From NCBI GenBank assembly GCA_964252035.1, contig OZ176211.1: a stretch of DNA of 64,000 nucleotides, one strand, 5' to 3'. Source of the DNA: Podarcis erhardii. Its lineage: Eukaryota. The position numbers were made by a program, and so were the translations under genes. Numbering within the stretch: the stretch's first letter is position 1; every line of letters begins with the position of its first letter. The notes under the pieces were generated by a model that worked only from the letters and a program-made list of their open reading frames with translations, was not told where the DNA came from and ran no database searches. Positions 25,076 to 38,800 of this stretch are shown here, piece after piece.

Positions 25076-28000
25076 TATGTGAAATTAGGATGTTTTGCCC
25101 AGATGTGCTTCATTTTACACTAACATTCAACTCCATTCACCATTTTTATGCCCAATCAGTGAGTCTGGAGAGTTCATTTTTGAGCTTTGGTACCCCTCTT
25201 TTGTTCTCCCCACCTAGAATAATTGGTTATTGCCCACTAACTGAGCTACCTCCTTCCTCACCTCTCACTCCAGATGATTTGCACTGGTCCCAGTTTAGAT
25301 CATTGGAGATCTGTATTTTTGGGTTAGCCAGTCTCTGATGTGGTTACAACTTTAATTGCTGTGCATGCTACCTTAGGATGAATCTGATACTTATTTTCAC
25401 AGATGGTTTACCTGTTAGCAGGTACCTCTGGAACAAGGCACAGTTTGATAAAAGGCTGCACAGATTGCTCACTAGTTCAGTGGTCCCTTAAAAAGTACAT
25501 TTGCCCCATCAACTGTGTTGTGTGCTTAATTAAGTACAGAAAAATAATGGAGCATTGAATAAAATAATCATTTTGGTTTGTATTCTAGACCGTGTGTGAT
25601 TTTTTCCCAATGCATTGTGATATTGCTAAATGTAGACAAGGTACTGCAGAACACTACGTTTTCCAGTTAACTTAAACAGATAATCTATTTTTTCAGAAGA
25701 GAAAGTTTGTTGGTATCAACCCAGACAGTATTATGCGCTAGCTCCAGGAAGCTTTCTGGATGAAGTGTTCTTAAATCTCTGAACAATTGTTAAAGAAGTA
25801 TGGCCAACTGTACTTTCTGCTTTGTTTTAACTGTTGAAAATCACTGGCTCTGTTTTAATTAAGATGGTGGGAGGATGTCAATTGTTACACCTTTCCTACC
25901 TAACCTATTCTATCAGGCCACCAACACTGGCAATCTTTCAGTTGTGGAAAACAGTTGCCAAGTTTGTTTATTCAGTCATAGGTATTTGTACCACATATGC
26001 AGAATTCGCAACTTCATAGAAACATGGGGAAATTACTAGAGTAGATTGATCTAGGTTGGCATTGTACTGTCAGTTAGGAAGCTGCAGAAATGTGTATTGG
26101 AGTACACAATCACATTATAATATTGATTATCAGAAATGCATGTTTTAAAATACTTTTTTATTAGGAAGAAAGCCAGACTAATAATCATTGTTAGTGATTA
26201 TAATTTGATCCTGTCCTACTGTACCGGAAAAGCATCTTTGGTACCACATTTAGTGGTAGTTCACAACTTGTTTGCATAACAGAGCTGGCAATTCCTTTTA
26301 TTGTTGAATATTTTCCCCACTTCGCGTTCTAGAGTTGAAGTTCCCAAACTACTGATGTGAATCCCACCTTTGGCAGTTTAATCTCTGTTCAAGCCATCTG
26401 CCACCTCTTATTTTAGGGCTCTTCTGTGATGGTTCAACCGAAGCAGTTGATTAATGTACTGTATCAGTGTTTTGGAAGGAGACCATTTCAAGTTTGAATG
26501 TCTTATGCTAAAAAGGCATTTAAAATAATGTCCAAAGGTTCCGTGCTCTGTTGTTCCCTGTCGTAGGGCTTGTTTTCTTCTCCAGCTAAATTTCCATTAT
26601 ACTTTTCAGTCGTAAATCAGCTTTAAGCTGGACCTGACTGTGTTTCTGAATAAAAAATGGAAGTTAATAATTGATCAAGCATGGGGAGAGCTAACCTGCT
26701 GGCCAGACACAGACCTGCTTTACATTTCTAAAGCATCTTTTCTTTTCTGTCTAAGTCTGCGCTTTGACCACAGGCTCCACTGCCGCTCTTTGGATCAGAT
26801 CAGCTGTTTACTTTACATTTCTATAAAGAGCTGCTTAAATAGGTTGAAATTTTCAAAAGAAAATGAACATAAAGTCTGCAAAGGGAACCCATGGTCTGCT
26901 TTGGGATGGGAGAGTGATCTTGCACAGCAGGGGTTGGAGAAAATGTTAATGGCACCTGTTGTGTGTGTGGAGAAGGGGAGGTGAGGAAGGGCCCGGCCTG
27001 CAGTGTGATTAGAAGCAGTTTTATTGCATTAGAAGTGCCAGCTCCACAGGGTGCCAGTGATTAGAATTCAGTTTGGTGACCCCATGTGCTATTTACAGCT
27101 GGAGGGTTCAGTTTTGAGACCTTGCTCCACAAAGAAAGATACTGGTTTTCAGCCTTTACTTTCTGAATTTTTAAATTAAATTTCACTTCTGATAAGTAAA
27201 AATTAAAAAACAACCAGCCTTTGACACTGTTTGTTACCCATCTGTTGAGCACAGCACCTCTTAAGTTAGTGAAAACTTTGCTCACTACTCTGTGGTTCCT
27301 CCAGGGTTAGTTTTTTTAGGACTAGCTTTATGTGAAAAATTAAATTTTGAATACTTGAAGGGGGGGCTCAGGGAACATACAGGGTTGAATACACACAGGG
27401 AAGAAAGGAGGGAAGTTTGTGTGCTATATATGGTTAGAGAACTGAAGGTTATAGAAATGAGCCCGTAGACATTTCATAGTCTTTACCCAGTGTAATTGGT
27501 CACTGGATTATGTTAGAATGATTTAATTGAGCTGTATAGGTAAAAAGTTATTACCAGCAAATTCCAGTGAACCATCCAATTCTGATATTTTTGTGGGTCT
27601 ACTCAGAGCAAACTTTGATTTCGAAACCACAGAGGAAGACATTTAAGGGGGGAAAGGAAAACAGCAAGAGAAATGACACTCAACTTTTCAAAAAACAACA
27701 GCAGCATTTAGAACTTGTATTTATCCTTTTATGGCTTTTACTACTAGCTTTCAGGGAACTTTAGAAAGTTGTTGTTGGCAGTTCCTCACACTCCTACTTG
27801 TTTTGGAATACTTACTCATAGTTCCATAGAGGGAATGCAGTCCTGTATTCCCCTAGATAGTGTTGATGTTGTTTACGTGGCCATGTATCCTAGGATGAGA
27901 AAGAGATCAATCTCTACGGCCCTTTCTCACCTAACAGCCGCCATTCCATCAGGATACCTGGAAAGTCCCCATCCCAACTATTATTTCTTGAAGAAATTTT

Positions 28001-29231
28001 ATATACCGCTTATCTGTAGGAAAAAAGAAACTCTCAAAGTGGTTTACAACTAGTCATAAGAACTGTAACCCCTCTCCCTCTTGCCTTGTGTGTCTCTTTA
28101 GATTGTAAGCCTTAGGGCAGGGACTGTCTTAACTGTGGGTTGTTCCAAGCCTCTCTGAGAGCTTTGTTGACTTAAAGAGGGGATGACAATGTGTTTTAAA
28201 TATTAAATCATGAGTCCTCAGCTTTATAATAATTTTATATATATTCTAGCAGGCTAAGTGTTGCCTACTCCTTCGCAACTCTTTTTTTTAAATTAAAAAA
28301 GCCCTGTTCCATTACAGTGTATGAACAAATTTGAGCTTTTGGTGAGTTCAGGACTTTATAACCACAAGATACGGAAAAAAGTAAAAAGGCTCTGAGAGGT
28401 GCCTGTTTCAGCCTTTTGATCTTAAAAAGTGTAAATGTTTTAGGCCTTTGTCTGAAAAACATATGCAGGACAGTTAGGAATGTAGGGGTGCTGTCCAGCT
28501 TGTCTCATGTAAGTCCAGTTGTGAATTTTAGGAGGTAGAATGGCGCCCGAGCTCTTTGTAGGTTTCTGCTGTTGTGATAAATGGTATTCCAAGGTGAAAG
28601 AAGGGTTACCAGGAACAGCTGTACCAATGTGTCAGCCATGAAAAGCAGGGATGCAGAGAATGAATAGCCCTTTCCTGTGTTCCAAAGCTCACATACACAG
28701 CAGATTGAAGATCAGCATCTGCATTATATATGCCCTTGGTTTTGTTTCCTTTTTGGTCTTTTCTGTGGGTGACATTACTGTGGACAATATTTCTAATGGC
28801 TTCATATTTCAAAAGCTGCTTACGAGCACTTTCCAATTATTGTGTTTATGCTTTGACAAGACACAACGGAACTTTATGTTATCATTAACCACTTGCCCTT
28901 CTTTGCATATGCTGTACATGTTGCCCTGATCATTTACATTTTTGAAATGCATAATAAAGAACTTATTTGTTTCCAGGATTACAGCTCTGCTTTATTCAGT
29001 CTGTAACATTCTGGATAAAAAGATCCTCCCATTATGTGCTGCTGTATGGTAGATTACTGCTCCTCTAAAGCTTTTATTCAGGAGAAATGTGCTCTACCAG
29101 AGTGTTGGATATAGCCTGCAATAAAAGAAGCTTTGTGACTTGAAACAAACTGGCATTAGCAGTGAAGTTGTGCAAAAGCCATGGTGTTTGGAAATCAAAT
29201 TTAATTAAAAAGCACTCTCAATCCCTAGTAA

Positions 29232-29375
<144 letters not shown>

Positions 29376-30390
29376 TAAGTAATGCCTTTTATATCAGCTG
29401 GATCTGCAAATGCAGGAAACCTTTTTACTGGACCTTTTCAACTGCAGATGAATAAACTACTCCAGCTGATGAGGGTTTTTTCCCCTTCTTCTTCTTCTTT
29501 CAGGAGCAAACCACTCTTGCCAATTTTGCACAGGCAAGAAGTTGAAGTGTTGCTGTCAGCTTGCGGGGGGCGGGGGCGGGAATGCAACCTATTTGTTCTT
29601 GACCACATGACCCAGATGTATAAAAGCACAACCGAGGAGGAAATGCAAGCAGAGCTATGGTTTCTTCAGTGTTCTAAAAAGTATTTTCCAGCATGAGTAA
29701 AGCTGTCTTTATAATGATACCAGTTCAGCTTTATTTTTTTAGCCTTTGAAGCTGTGAATAACAGCCGTGACCAGTTATTTTGGTAGCATTTGAGTTTTGG
29801 TTTTTTTAATTGAGCTATGTATTTTGGGGAGTGGGGGAGAGAACACAGTATGTAAGTACATACATGCAGGAATATCTTAAAGTTTGGCCAGTTTTCTCTC
29901 CTGTTTTGCTCTACAAGGAAATAGCATGGGACTAATTTAGACTAGGACGGCATAGACATATTGCTTGGGAAAATAGCTGAAGCCAGATGCTGGTAAAAAA
30001 ATGCTTCCGGATCATTAATAGAGGATTCTAAAGTGAATGTAGATGCTTTGCTGGACAAAATAGAGATAAAGAAAAAAGGACATTGTGCTATCATTTCATG
30101 TGTGTTTGCTACAGTGAGTTTTCTATTGATAAACGGCACATTGATGGATTTCTGATATGGTTTGTGCATCTGAATCCTTTAGGGAAGGGAATTGTGGAAA
30201 AGTCTTACCTCTCTGGTGGCTTTTTGCATGTATATTGTTTATTGCTGTGGATCAGTCAGCTGACTACCAATATGGAAGATGTTTGCCCATTTGTCAAATA
30301 ATCCCATTTCTTGTCACTCACATTCTAGCAACATACAAAACTGCCAACCCATGCTAAGTTATCTGCAAATGTTCAAGTATGTAACTTTAA

Positions 30391-30768
<378 letters not shown>

Positions 30769-33410
30769 ATGATAATCTAGATGAGCAAAGGCAGAGGGAC
30801 GGTCTAAAACTCAACTGCATGAGTGGCACTTTTCTGGAACAAAACAAAGCTACTTATCAGCATCTTTCTGCATTTCAGCACTGTTCTTGGCAGGGACAAA
30901 AATGCATTCAGCATTTTTGTGTTTGTGTGTGAGTTTGCGGGGGGGGGGGGGCAGAATGCTTGCAGAATCTGTGTATCATTAAGCATTTTAAGTGGAGACT
31001 ATGCATTTCATAGAATGTTTGACCAGATTAGTACTTTGTCCTGTGTTCTGTTTCAAATTCTACAGTATAAATAAGCTCTATATCAAACAAAGGTTGCCTG
31101 TCTAAATAGAAAATGTCTTGCTTTGTTGTATTCTATGGAAAATACTGTACTTCAGGATTATGTTTACAATTTATCCAGGTATTTATGTTTTGAACTTCTG
31201 TAATACATACAATGCAAAAAAAAAAAAAAAAATGGCCACAACAGTTGCACAGTGTCCCCACCCTATATGGCCTAGCTTCAGGTACTTCTCTCGAAGTCTA
31301 AACTCAGGTAACTTGGAATGTATATCACATTGGGATATAAAATATTTTACAGCTAAAAAGCTAAAGAGGGATCATCACTCTTCTGCCTTTCCTTATTTTA
31401 TGCATTAATATTTCCTCATTACATTCCACTTTCTTGGAAAAAGTGCATTCAGATCTAGGGGGATACGAACCCTGGACATGGGTGAACATGAGGAGAACCA
31501 GCAAATCTGTGGTGTGCTGCATCACATTGTCATGTGGTTACAAGTAAAACAAAAAACTAAACTGTTGCATTTGCCATCGTTTCAGCGTGTAAATTGTGGC
31601 ATTTTAAAGTTTCAGGTGTTTGCACAGTTAATGACTGTTAAGCTGTTGTGAATAAAGTGTTCAGTTTTAGGCTGCACATAAGAAACATTCCATGACGTGT
31701 GTGAGAGAGAGGCTCTAAGGCAAGAATGTTTTCGTTTAATTTCAGCAAATTCATTCCCCCCCCTCCCCCCAGGTTTCAGAGGGGGTGGGTGGGAATTTCC
31801 TCACACGTTTGCATTGGCAAGTTATAAGGACGTGAAATGCTACTGTTACCATTTTAGGAGTCTTAATTAATGTTTAGTTTCTCTTTTGGAGGAAATGTTC
31901 CATTCACATGCTGGTTGCAAAAAAAAAAAAAATTATCTCGGGTTTTTGACAAGCAATGATAGGTGAACTTTGTTTTATTTGTACAGTGGGTATTTTGCAT
32001 CTGAACTTTAGAAAAAAATCTCTTAAAGCGGCTATGAGGTTTTGTAGAAAAAAACAAAAACAAAAAAAGAGAAAGAAAGAAAAAGAAAGAAAGAAGCAAT
32101 AGTTTTTAAGTCATATCTAATCGAAGCCTTTCTTAGTACCCTCTGGTTTAGGCCCATTGGCAGGTAAATTTATTGCAGTTTGAAGGTGGGCAGGCAGTGC
32201 ATTCGCTTGTCTTTCCAGATGCTGCATAGCTTAGAAGCCTCCAGTAGTGTTACATTACAGTAGCCCTGGAACTGTGCGAGTGCTGCTTTCAGAGAGAATG
32301 AACCTGCAATACAAAGAGGGACCCCAAAGGCAAGAGACCCACTCAATATTCTTAGCTCTGTGCTTTCAGTTCAGTGGAAGTACCTTTTTATGCAACCCTG
32401 TTCTAAGAAAGCTGACTTGCCCCTCTTCAGGAACTGAAAAGATTAAGACTGCAGCTGCTGCAGCAGCAATTTATACTCTCTCCGCTACTACTTTTGTGGA
32501 AGAAATTTGGGAAATAATAAAAAAAGGCCTCAGTGAAAAGTACCTAAGAAAAGCAATGAAATATACAGCACATGTATGTTGTTGCAAGATGAAGCCCAGT
32601 TTCCTTCCTCTCATCACCAAAGAGTTTGGTAATAACCTGTTAGGAAGTTAGACCGACAGCCTCTTTTTCAGTCGCTGTGTGACTGTAGGAGCAGGCGGAG
32701 AGTGGAAAGCTTAAAAGATCTGTTTTGTCTTTTGTTTTCACAGTATTTTTTTTTAATACAGCAACAGGCATCTTTAATCTTGCTAATCTCAGGCCTTGGT
32801 GGAAGCACTATATAGTTTGTATGTTAATAAAGGGTAAGGGAAAAAGCATCCAGTTTCTTGTGACCTAAATGTGTGTTCTTTGAAGTTTTACATTAAAGTT
32901 GAATATGACAGTACATCTACCTTCTCACCCTCTCTCTTTTTTCCAAATATAAATACATGGTCACGGTTCTTGATGTTATAGGGTTTTATGAGAAACTATC
33001 AGGTGACTTTTTAGATCAAGAGTGAACTCTGGTGAACAATATTTACAGTGATATTACTTGTTCTGTTTTCTCACGAGAAACTAAATATTAATTGTCACAC
33101 ACATTTGCCCTTGGCATATTGGAAGGCTCTGAATCAAATGTGTTTAAAACCTAATGCTTTGCTATGTAAATTTCCCAGCAGTTGTTGATCTCCAATATAT
33201 CCTACATTCAGCTGTAGAAATTTGTCAAATATTGTTTCAAGAGTTTTGTACATAGTTGTACTGTTATTTCTAGCCACTGTGCTGAACAGTATTTCAATTA
33301 CCCCACAATATTGCTTTACACAAGGAAATGTGTGGCTTTTGTTTTGTATTTTTTCAGTATAGACGTCCCTGTGTCTTATTTAAATAAAATTATTAGAAAA
33401 AAACACCCTA
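30769..33410 (+). other. GLCCI1: GLCCI1 3'UTR with candidate distal polyadenylation site
   Basis: Nearly repeat-free, U-rich sequence. AATAAA at 33383-33388 is followed by a GU-rich element (~33424-33444). Proximal AATAAA at 31651 and 32826. The end point is inferred. Confidence 0.55.
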
Positions 33411-34306
33411 CAACCTGTAAAATGTAGTGTGTTGTCTGTCTTTTGAAAGCTGTCTAGAAGCTGAACATTCAGAAAAAGCATCAGCTGTAGTCTTTGACTT
33501 TTCCAGAACCGAGGGATTGAGGGATCACAAAAAGTGCTGCCCTGTGTTAAAACTCCCCTTTCTACACGGAAACTGCAGCAGGAAGAAGAGAAACTAGTTG
33601 AGAGGTGGGATTCTCTGCTTGCATATATCTGCAGAAAAGGTGGTTGTAAAGTCCAATATTAATCATTGAATCGAAATGGTAGCTTTTTGTAGCTGAACTA
33701 TTACTATGCTGCACGCTTAATCATTTATTTCCACTGTAACATGGTACAAAAACTGCATTCCACTGTACATAGTGGAATAAGGTTAGTGCCAACCTGACTA
33801 AATAATTTAGAAAACATTCCCTTCTTCATAGGCCATTCATCTTGTTACGATGATGTAGATTTCATTTATCATGACTTTAACAAATAGCACGGAACTGGCT
33901 CACTTTTTTCGCAACTTGTTCTCTTCAGTCTCAGGAGTGGAGTAGCATATCAAAATGGACTATTCCAAATGTCTTCTAACATATTAAAGATTCCAAGAAC
34001 CTCTACTGTTTAGGAGAAGCTACAGAACATAACCTAGTTTGCTTATCATTTTTCAGCAAAGCACATTTTCCCCAGTGTAACAGCTTTTATATACGTGGGA
34101 AAGTGTCATCATGTGCTTCAGCACCCTTTAAAACTCTGCTTAACATTGTGACATGTTTTCCAGTAAGCTTTTAGTATTGGCTCATTTGAACACACTTCAC
34201 TTAGTGACTCAAACACCATAAATTTGAGAAAAATCAGTAACATTTTCTTGTACTTGTGTTCCTACTATGAGTGCATTTTAGTTTGCATTTGAAGTGGATA
34301 GTTCTT

Positions 34307-34605
34307 TTTTTTAAAATAAGATATTTATTGAAATTTTCCAGAATAATACATTATAAAACAACAAAAAAGAAACAACAAAAATACAAAAATACAAAAAAAA
34401 GAAAAATATAAAAACAACTAAAAAAACACATAAAATTTCCCTTTACCTATTTTCTTTTAACTTATTTTCCGGACCTCCTCATACCTCCCTTTCTTATATT
34501 CCAATTCAAATTATAAATTCAAATCCTCACCATTAGTTTTTACTTAATTCAAAACCTTATTTTCCATATCTCTTAAAACATTACAGCTGGAAACCACTTA
34601 ATTTC
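34307..34605 (-). mobile_element. 5'-truncated L1-like insertion (3'UTR only)
   Basis: 17-bp TSD TGAAGTGGATAGTTCTT at 34290-34306 and 34606-34622. T-run, minus-strand AATAAA (34324-34329) and U-rich UTR resembling the element at 1-874. Confidence 0.85.
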
Positions 34606-35594
34606 TGAAGTGGATAGTTCTTGCCTACTATATATATAAATATTCCAGTAACATGCTTCAATGGCAGTATAATCATTTTGATTAATCCATGGCTGTGTCT
34701 GCATTGTATTTTGCTCTTTGGTGCAATTCTGGGAGCAACTTGTATCTCATTATAGTTTGGTTGCTTTTCATTACCTGTTCCATCTCAACAGCTGTGGGGT
34801 TGAACTTGTGAATGCGACTGCAATAAATAAGAAGGGGTGGGGAAAGGCCTGCAACCTAGTTAACACAATGGTATGTGACCTCCCATCTTCCCTGCATGCA
34901 CCTGAGAGCAATGATGTCAGAGGAACAGTACCAAATAAGGCAGATGAAGTTTGCATTCTCTCAAGCTATAGATGTAGCCAATCTTCTCAGCTTTCAGGCT
35001 TGTTTTAATAGGAAAGGTCCTCTTCTGGTAGCAGAGTAGGACTTGCCTAGCCAGGCAGGTGCTTTGGTTTGACAGAAGGCTGGCCACAAACAATTTCCCC
35101 ACCCCAACTTCAGAATCCTAGAGAAGCTGAGAAAAAAATGAATTATTAGGGAAGGACCATCACCTTCACATCTGGAAAGGGAAGAGGGCGGAAACCTACT
35201 ATCCCTTCCCCAAAGGGGGCCTTAAGATAGGGTAGGACTGAACGTGGAGGAACAGAAGGCAGGAAAGGACAGTTGTGAGCTTTCAATGTGAGACCTCCCT
35301 TGCGGTAGGCAGCCCAAGAGCACTCGGGGCACCCATAGGAGAGAATTCCTTCCTAAGGAATCCAAATTACAGCAGCCAGGCTTGACTTGTGTGCTCTGAT
35401 CAGCATGTATCATCTGTCTTTCTCAACTTAGTTGGCTGCCCGTCTCTATATAGTTTAAGGTGCTGGTTTCGCCTTTTGAAACTAAATCGGGCATGGGGAA
35501 CTTTTTTCAGCCCATGAGTCACATGAGCCCATGGGGGCTGCATGCCAGTGGTGGGTGGAGCCAGTGGCAAAAGTGGGTGGAGCAACCCATGTTC

Positions 35595-35785
35595 CCTGAT
35601 GGTAAGAACTGTTTGCCAGTGGAACGGGCTCCCTGGGAAGGTGGTGGACTCCTTCATTGGAGGTTTCTAAGCAGATTGGGTGGCCATCTGTCATGTGTTG
35701 GTCTAGTTGAGATTCCTGCATTGCAGTGGGTTGGACTAGTTGACCCTCTGATCCCTTCCAACTATGGTTCTATGAAATTTTAACT
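35595..35785 (+). mobile_element. CR1 LINE 3' end
   Basis: WNGLPGKVVDS..LEVSKQ..GGHLS-like coding remnant, followed by cccttccaactatggTTCTATGA (CR1 tail). Confidence 0.8.
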
Positions 35786-35803
35786 CTGTGCATTAGGCTA
35801 CTC

Positions 35804-35810
<7 letters not shown>

Positions 35811-35852
<42 letters not shown>
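35811..35852. repeat. (GT)21 microsatellite
   Basis: Direct reading. Confidence 0.97.
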
Positions 35853-35854
<2 letters not shown>

Positions 35855-38800
35855 ACACGCCCTCCCTTCTCTGTGTTCCCCATCCAGACAAGCAAAAGGC
35901 ATTATCAGAGTTCATTCCATCCAGGAAGAAACGTTTCAGGTGTGGAGCAGGGCTACTGAGGGGTTTGGCTTGGGGAGAGTCTAGAGGGCCAGCTAAACGG
36001 GGCTGCTGGGGGCCCACATTTAACCCCAGGCCTGAGGTTCCCCCTTCCCTGCTTTAAATAGTCTAGGATGGTGTTTCCAAAGCTTTATTCAGGTGGCCTG
36101 TGCTGTGTGTGTTTGTAAAAATAAAATCATACAGCATCTAGCACAACCAACAGAAAAACCAATTTGGTGTTTTGGCAAGACTCTTGGCAATTTTCAAGTG
36201 GTCCATAGAGAAAAAGGGTTATGAAGCACTGGCATCTGACATCATTAAGAATTGTTCCATATTGGCCAGTCCAAGTTTTAAGATCAACTTTGGAGATGCT
36301 CTCTACCATCCTCTTCACCCGTTAAATAGTGATCGTAAGAGCATAAGGTTTCTTAGTGTTGGTCTTATGCCTTTGGAATACTGTACTGGAAGAAACACCC
36401 TGTCAGCCTTGCCGTTAGAACTCCTTTCACCATTTTTTTTAAAAAAAAAACACAAAACTCTCATTTTTAGTGTTGCCTTTCGTTGCCTTTTGGGTGACTG
36501 CTCTCATTTTTTAAATGGTTGTTTTAACCTGTGTGCTTTTTAAAAAATATACCCCTTTGTTTAGTGTGTGCCCATGTTGAGCCGCTCTGAACAGAGCATA
36601 AATAATAAATCGAGTGATTTGAAACTTCACCCTGAACTGGCTTTGGAAAGTGATAGAAGAGGGGAAATCGTTGCAGGGAGACAATGGTGAGAGGACAGAA
36701 TGAAAAGCTTGCAGCACACTAAGGCCACTTATCCCATCATCTGTCCCAGTGTCCCATCAAAATCCCCCCCCCCCCAAAAAAAATGGCCTGGAAACTGAGC
36801 AACGCAGTTAAGCAGTTAAGTTTGGCTCATCCAAGAGGGCAACCTCTTTATTTGAGAATTTAACACCTATGCATATCTCATGGCAGCTTACAGCAGTTAA
36901 AGTAACTCTCTAAGTAAAGAATGGACTTTGTCACAGTGTCAAAGAAATGAGCTGTGATAAAAGTTTTATCACAGAAAACATCTGCCTAGCAAGGCACCAG
37001 AAACAGTCTTCACCAAACCACAGAAGATGGCAAGCAAGCAAACCTCAGACTAGGTAAGCTACAATCTCTTTGTGTAAACCAGCTCCAGCCAATTGACACC
37101 CTTCAGTTCCCATTATTCTCTGGGAGGAAGTTATGACTGTTTAAAGTGGTATAATGGTGCTTTAAATGGTGTGGATGTGACCTAAGTCATACTCTGATCA
37201 GTCCCATTATCTTAAATGTATACATGGATTCCATGTATCTGATTTGGAGAATGTCTTAGTTGGGTATCACCCATCTTGTTCTCATGGTGCCAACCAGCCT
37301 GAGTGCAAGTGCCCTCTCCTCACCTGTAATTCCCAGAAATTGACTCACAGTGGAATTACAACTTAGCCTTAGCTGCCATGAATGAGTCTAATCCTTTTTT
37401 TTAAAAAAGCCATTCAATTTGGTGGTCATCACTACATTGTGTGGGAGCAAACCAGTTAACTAGGTCCTTTGTGAAGAAGTATATTCTCTTGTCTTTCCTG
37501 AATCTTCCAACATTCAGCTTCACTGAATGACTCTGAATTCTAGTATACAGGAGGAAACATGACTCCATACCTCTATAATAATGCTTTTGAACACATTTCC
37601 GGTGGCCAACATAATACTGGAATTCTAAATTTGATTATTTTTTTTTAAGCATCAACAATTCATGAAGGAAGAATATCAATAGAAAAAGTAATTCAGGAAA
37701 TATATTTTCATGCCAGAGGAAATTCTTTTGTTTGAAGAGAAAGGGGAGGAATACTCACCCCCACCTACATTAAACTCCAATTATGCTTCTGAGTTGCATT
37801 TTCCTTGGCTGTGTGTTTACACCTCCAGAAGAGACTGCAAACAGCAGAAAGCAACTGCCTAAGCTCTCCTCCAGAATTTTATTTTGCAGAGTAATTATAT
37901 ATAGCCTGTTATCCTTCAGAGGCCATTCTCAGTTCTTCACATTAACTCTCTGCAGGGTTTCCTGGCATCCAACTTTCTGTGCAGAAAGTATCTCCATGTG
38001 CCCAGTTGACTTGAGATGTGGGTACAGCTCTCGTAATCATTAGTACGGAATGTTCTTGATAGAACTTGCATCAGGACTAGGGTGTAAACTAAGGTTTAGT
38101 AACCATGGTGGTACTTGCGAGGTTGCAATGAATGTTTCTGTAGCATTACCTAGATGACGTCTTAACTCGCTAATGCACTGTGGAACAGGAAGTGCAGAAT
38201 ATTCAGACAGCACTGATTGGTCTCAAGACGTGGTTCCATAACAAATATGGCAAATTGCTCCCTATTTTCAGTTCAGTTCCTATGCTCAGAATTGAGCTAG
38301 ATGTTGCTTAGTTCAGGATATTCTTGTCTGCAAAAGGGAAGGGGATTATCCCCAAATAAGAGACTCTAAAAAACCTTGCAGTTCTTGATCTATTGTTAGA
38401 CATGCTTGTTTCATCTGGGAATAGTGAATTGGTCAAGGTTTCAGATAAGACTTTTTCAAAGGCTGATATACTCCCCTTCTAGATGGAGATTGGGAACCAG
38501 GAACGTTGGCTCTTTTGTGTCACCAGACAGCTCGGGCAGTAATGAACTGGTGCCTACCAAAATGGCGGTATTGGCTGGAGTGAGCTTCTCTGGTCCCAGT
38601 CTTCATCACAAGAAGGGATGGAGATGCAGGCACTGGCTAACATCATCCAAACCACCTACTTAACAATTGTAAGTGTACATGGGTATCAGTTGATTAGAGA
38701 ACAAAGCTGCCAGTTGGGCACCAAAACAGCTCCAATGTGCTTTATTTTGCTGGAGCAATGTATCTTTATAAGCATACATCAAGAAACAGGAGAAATCCTG

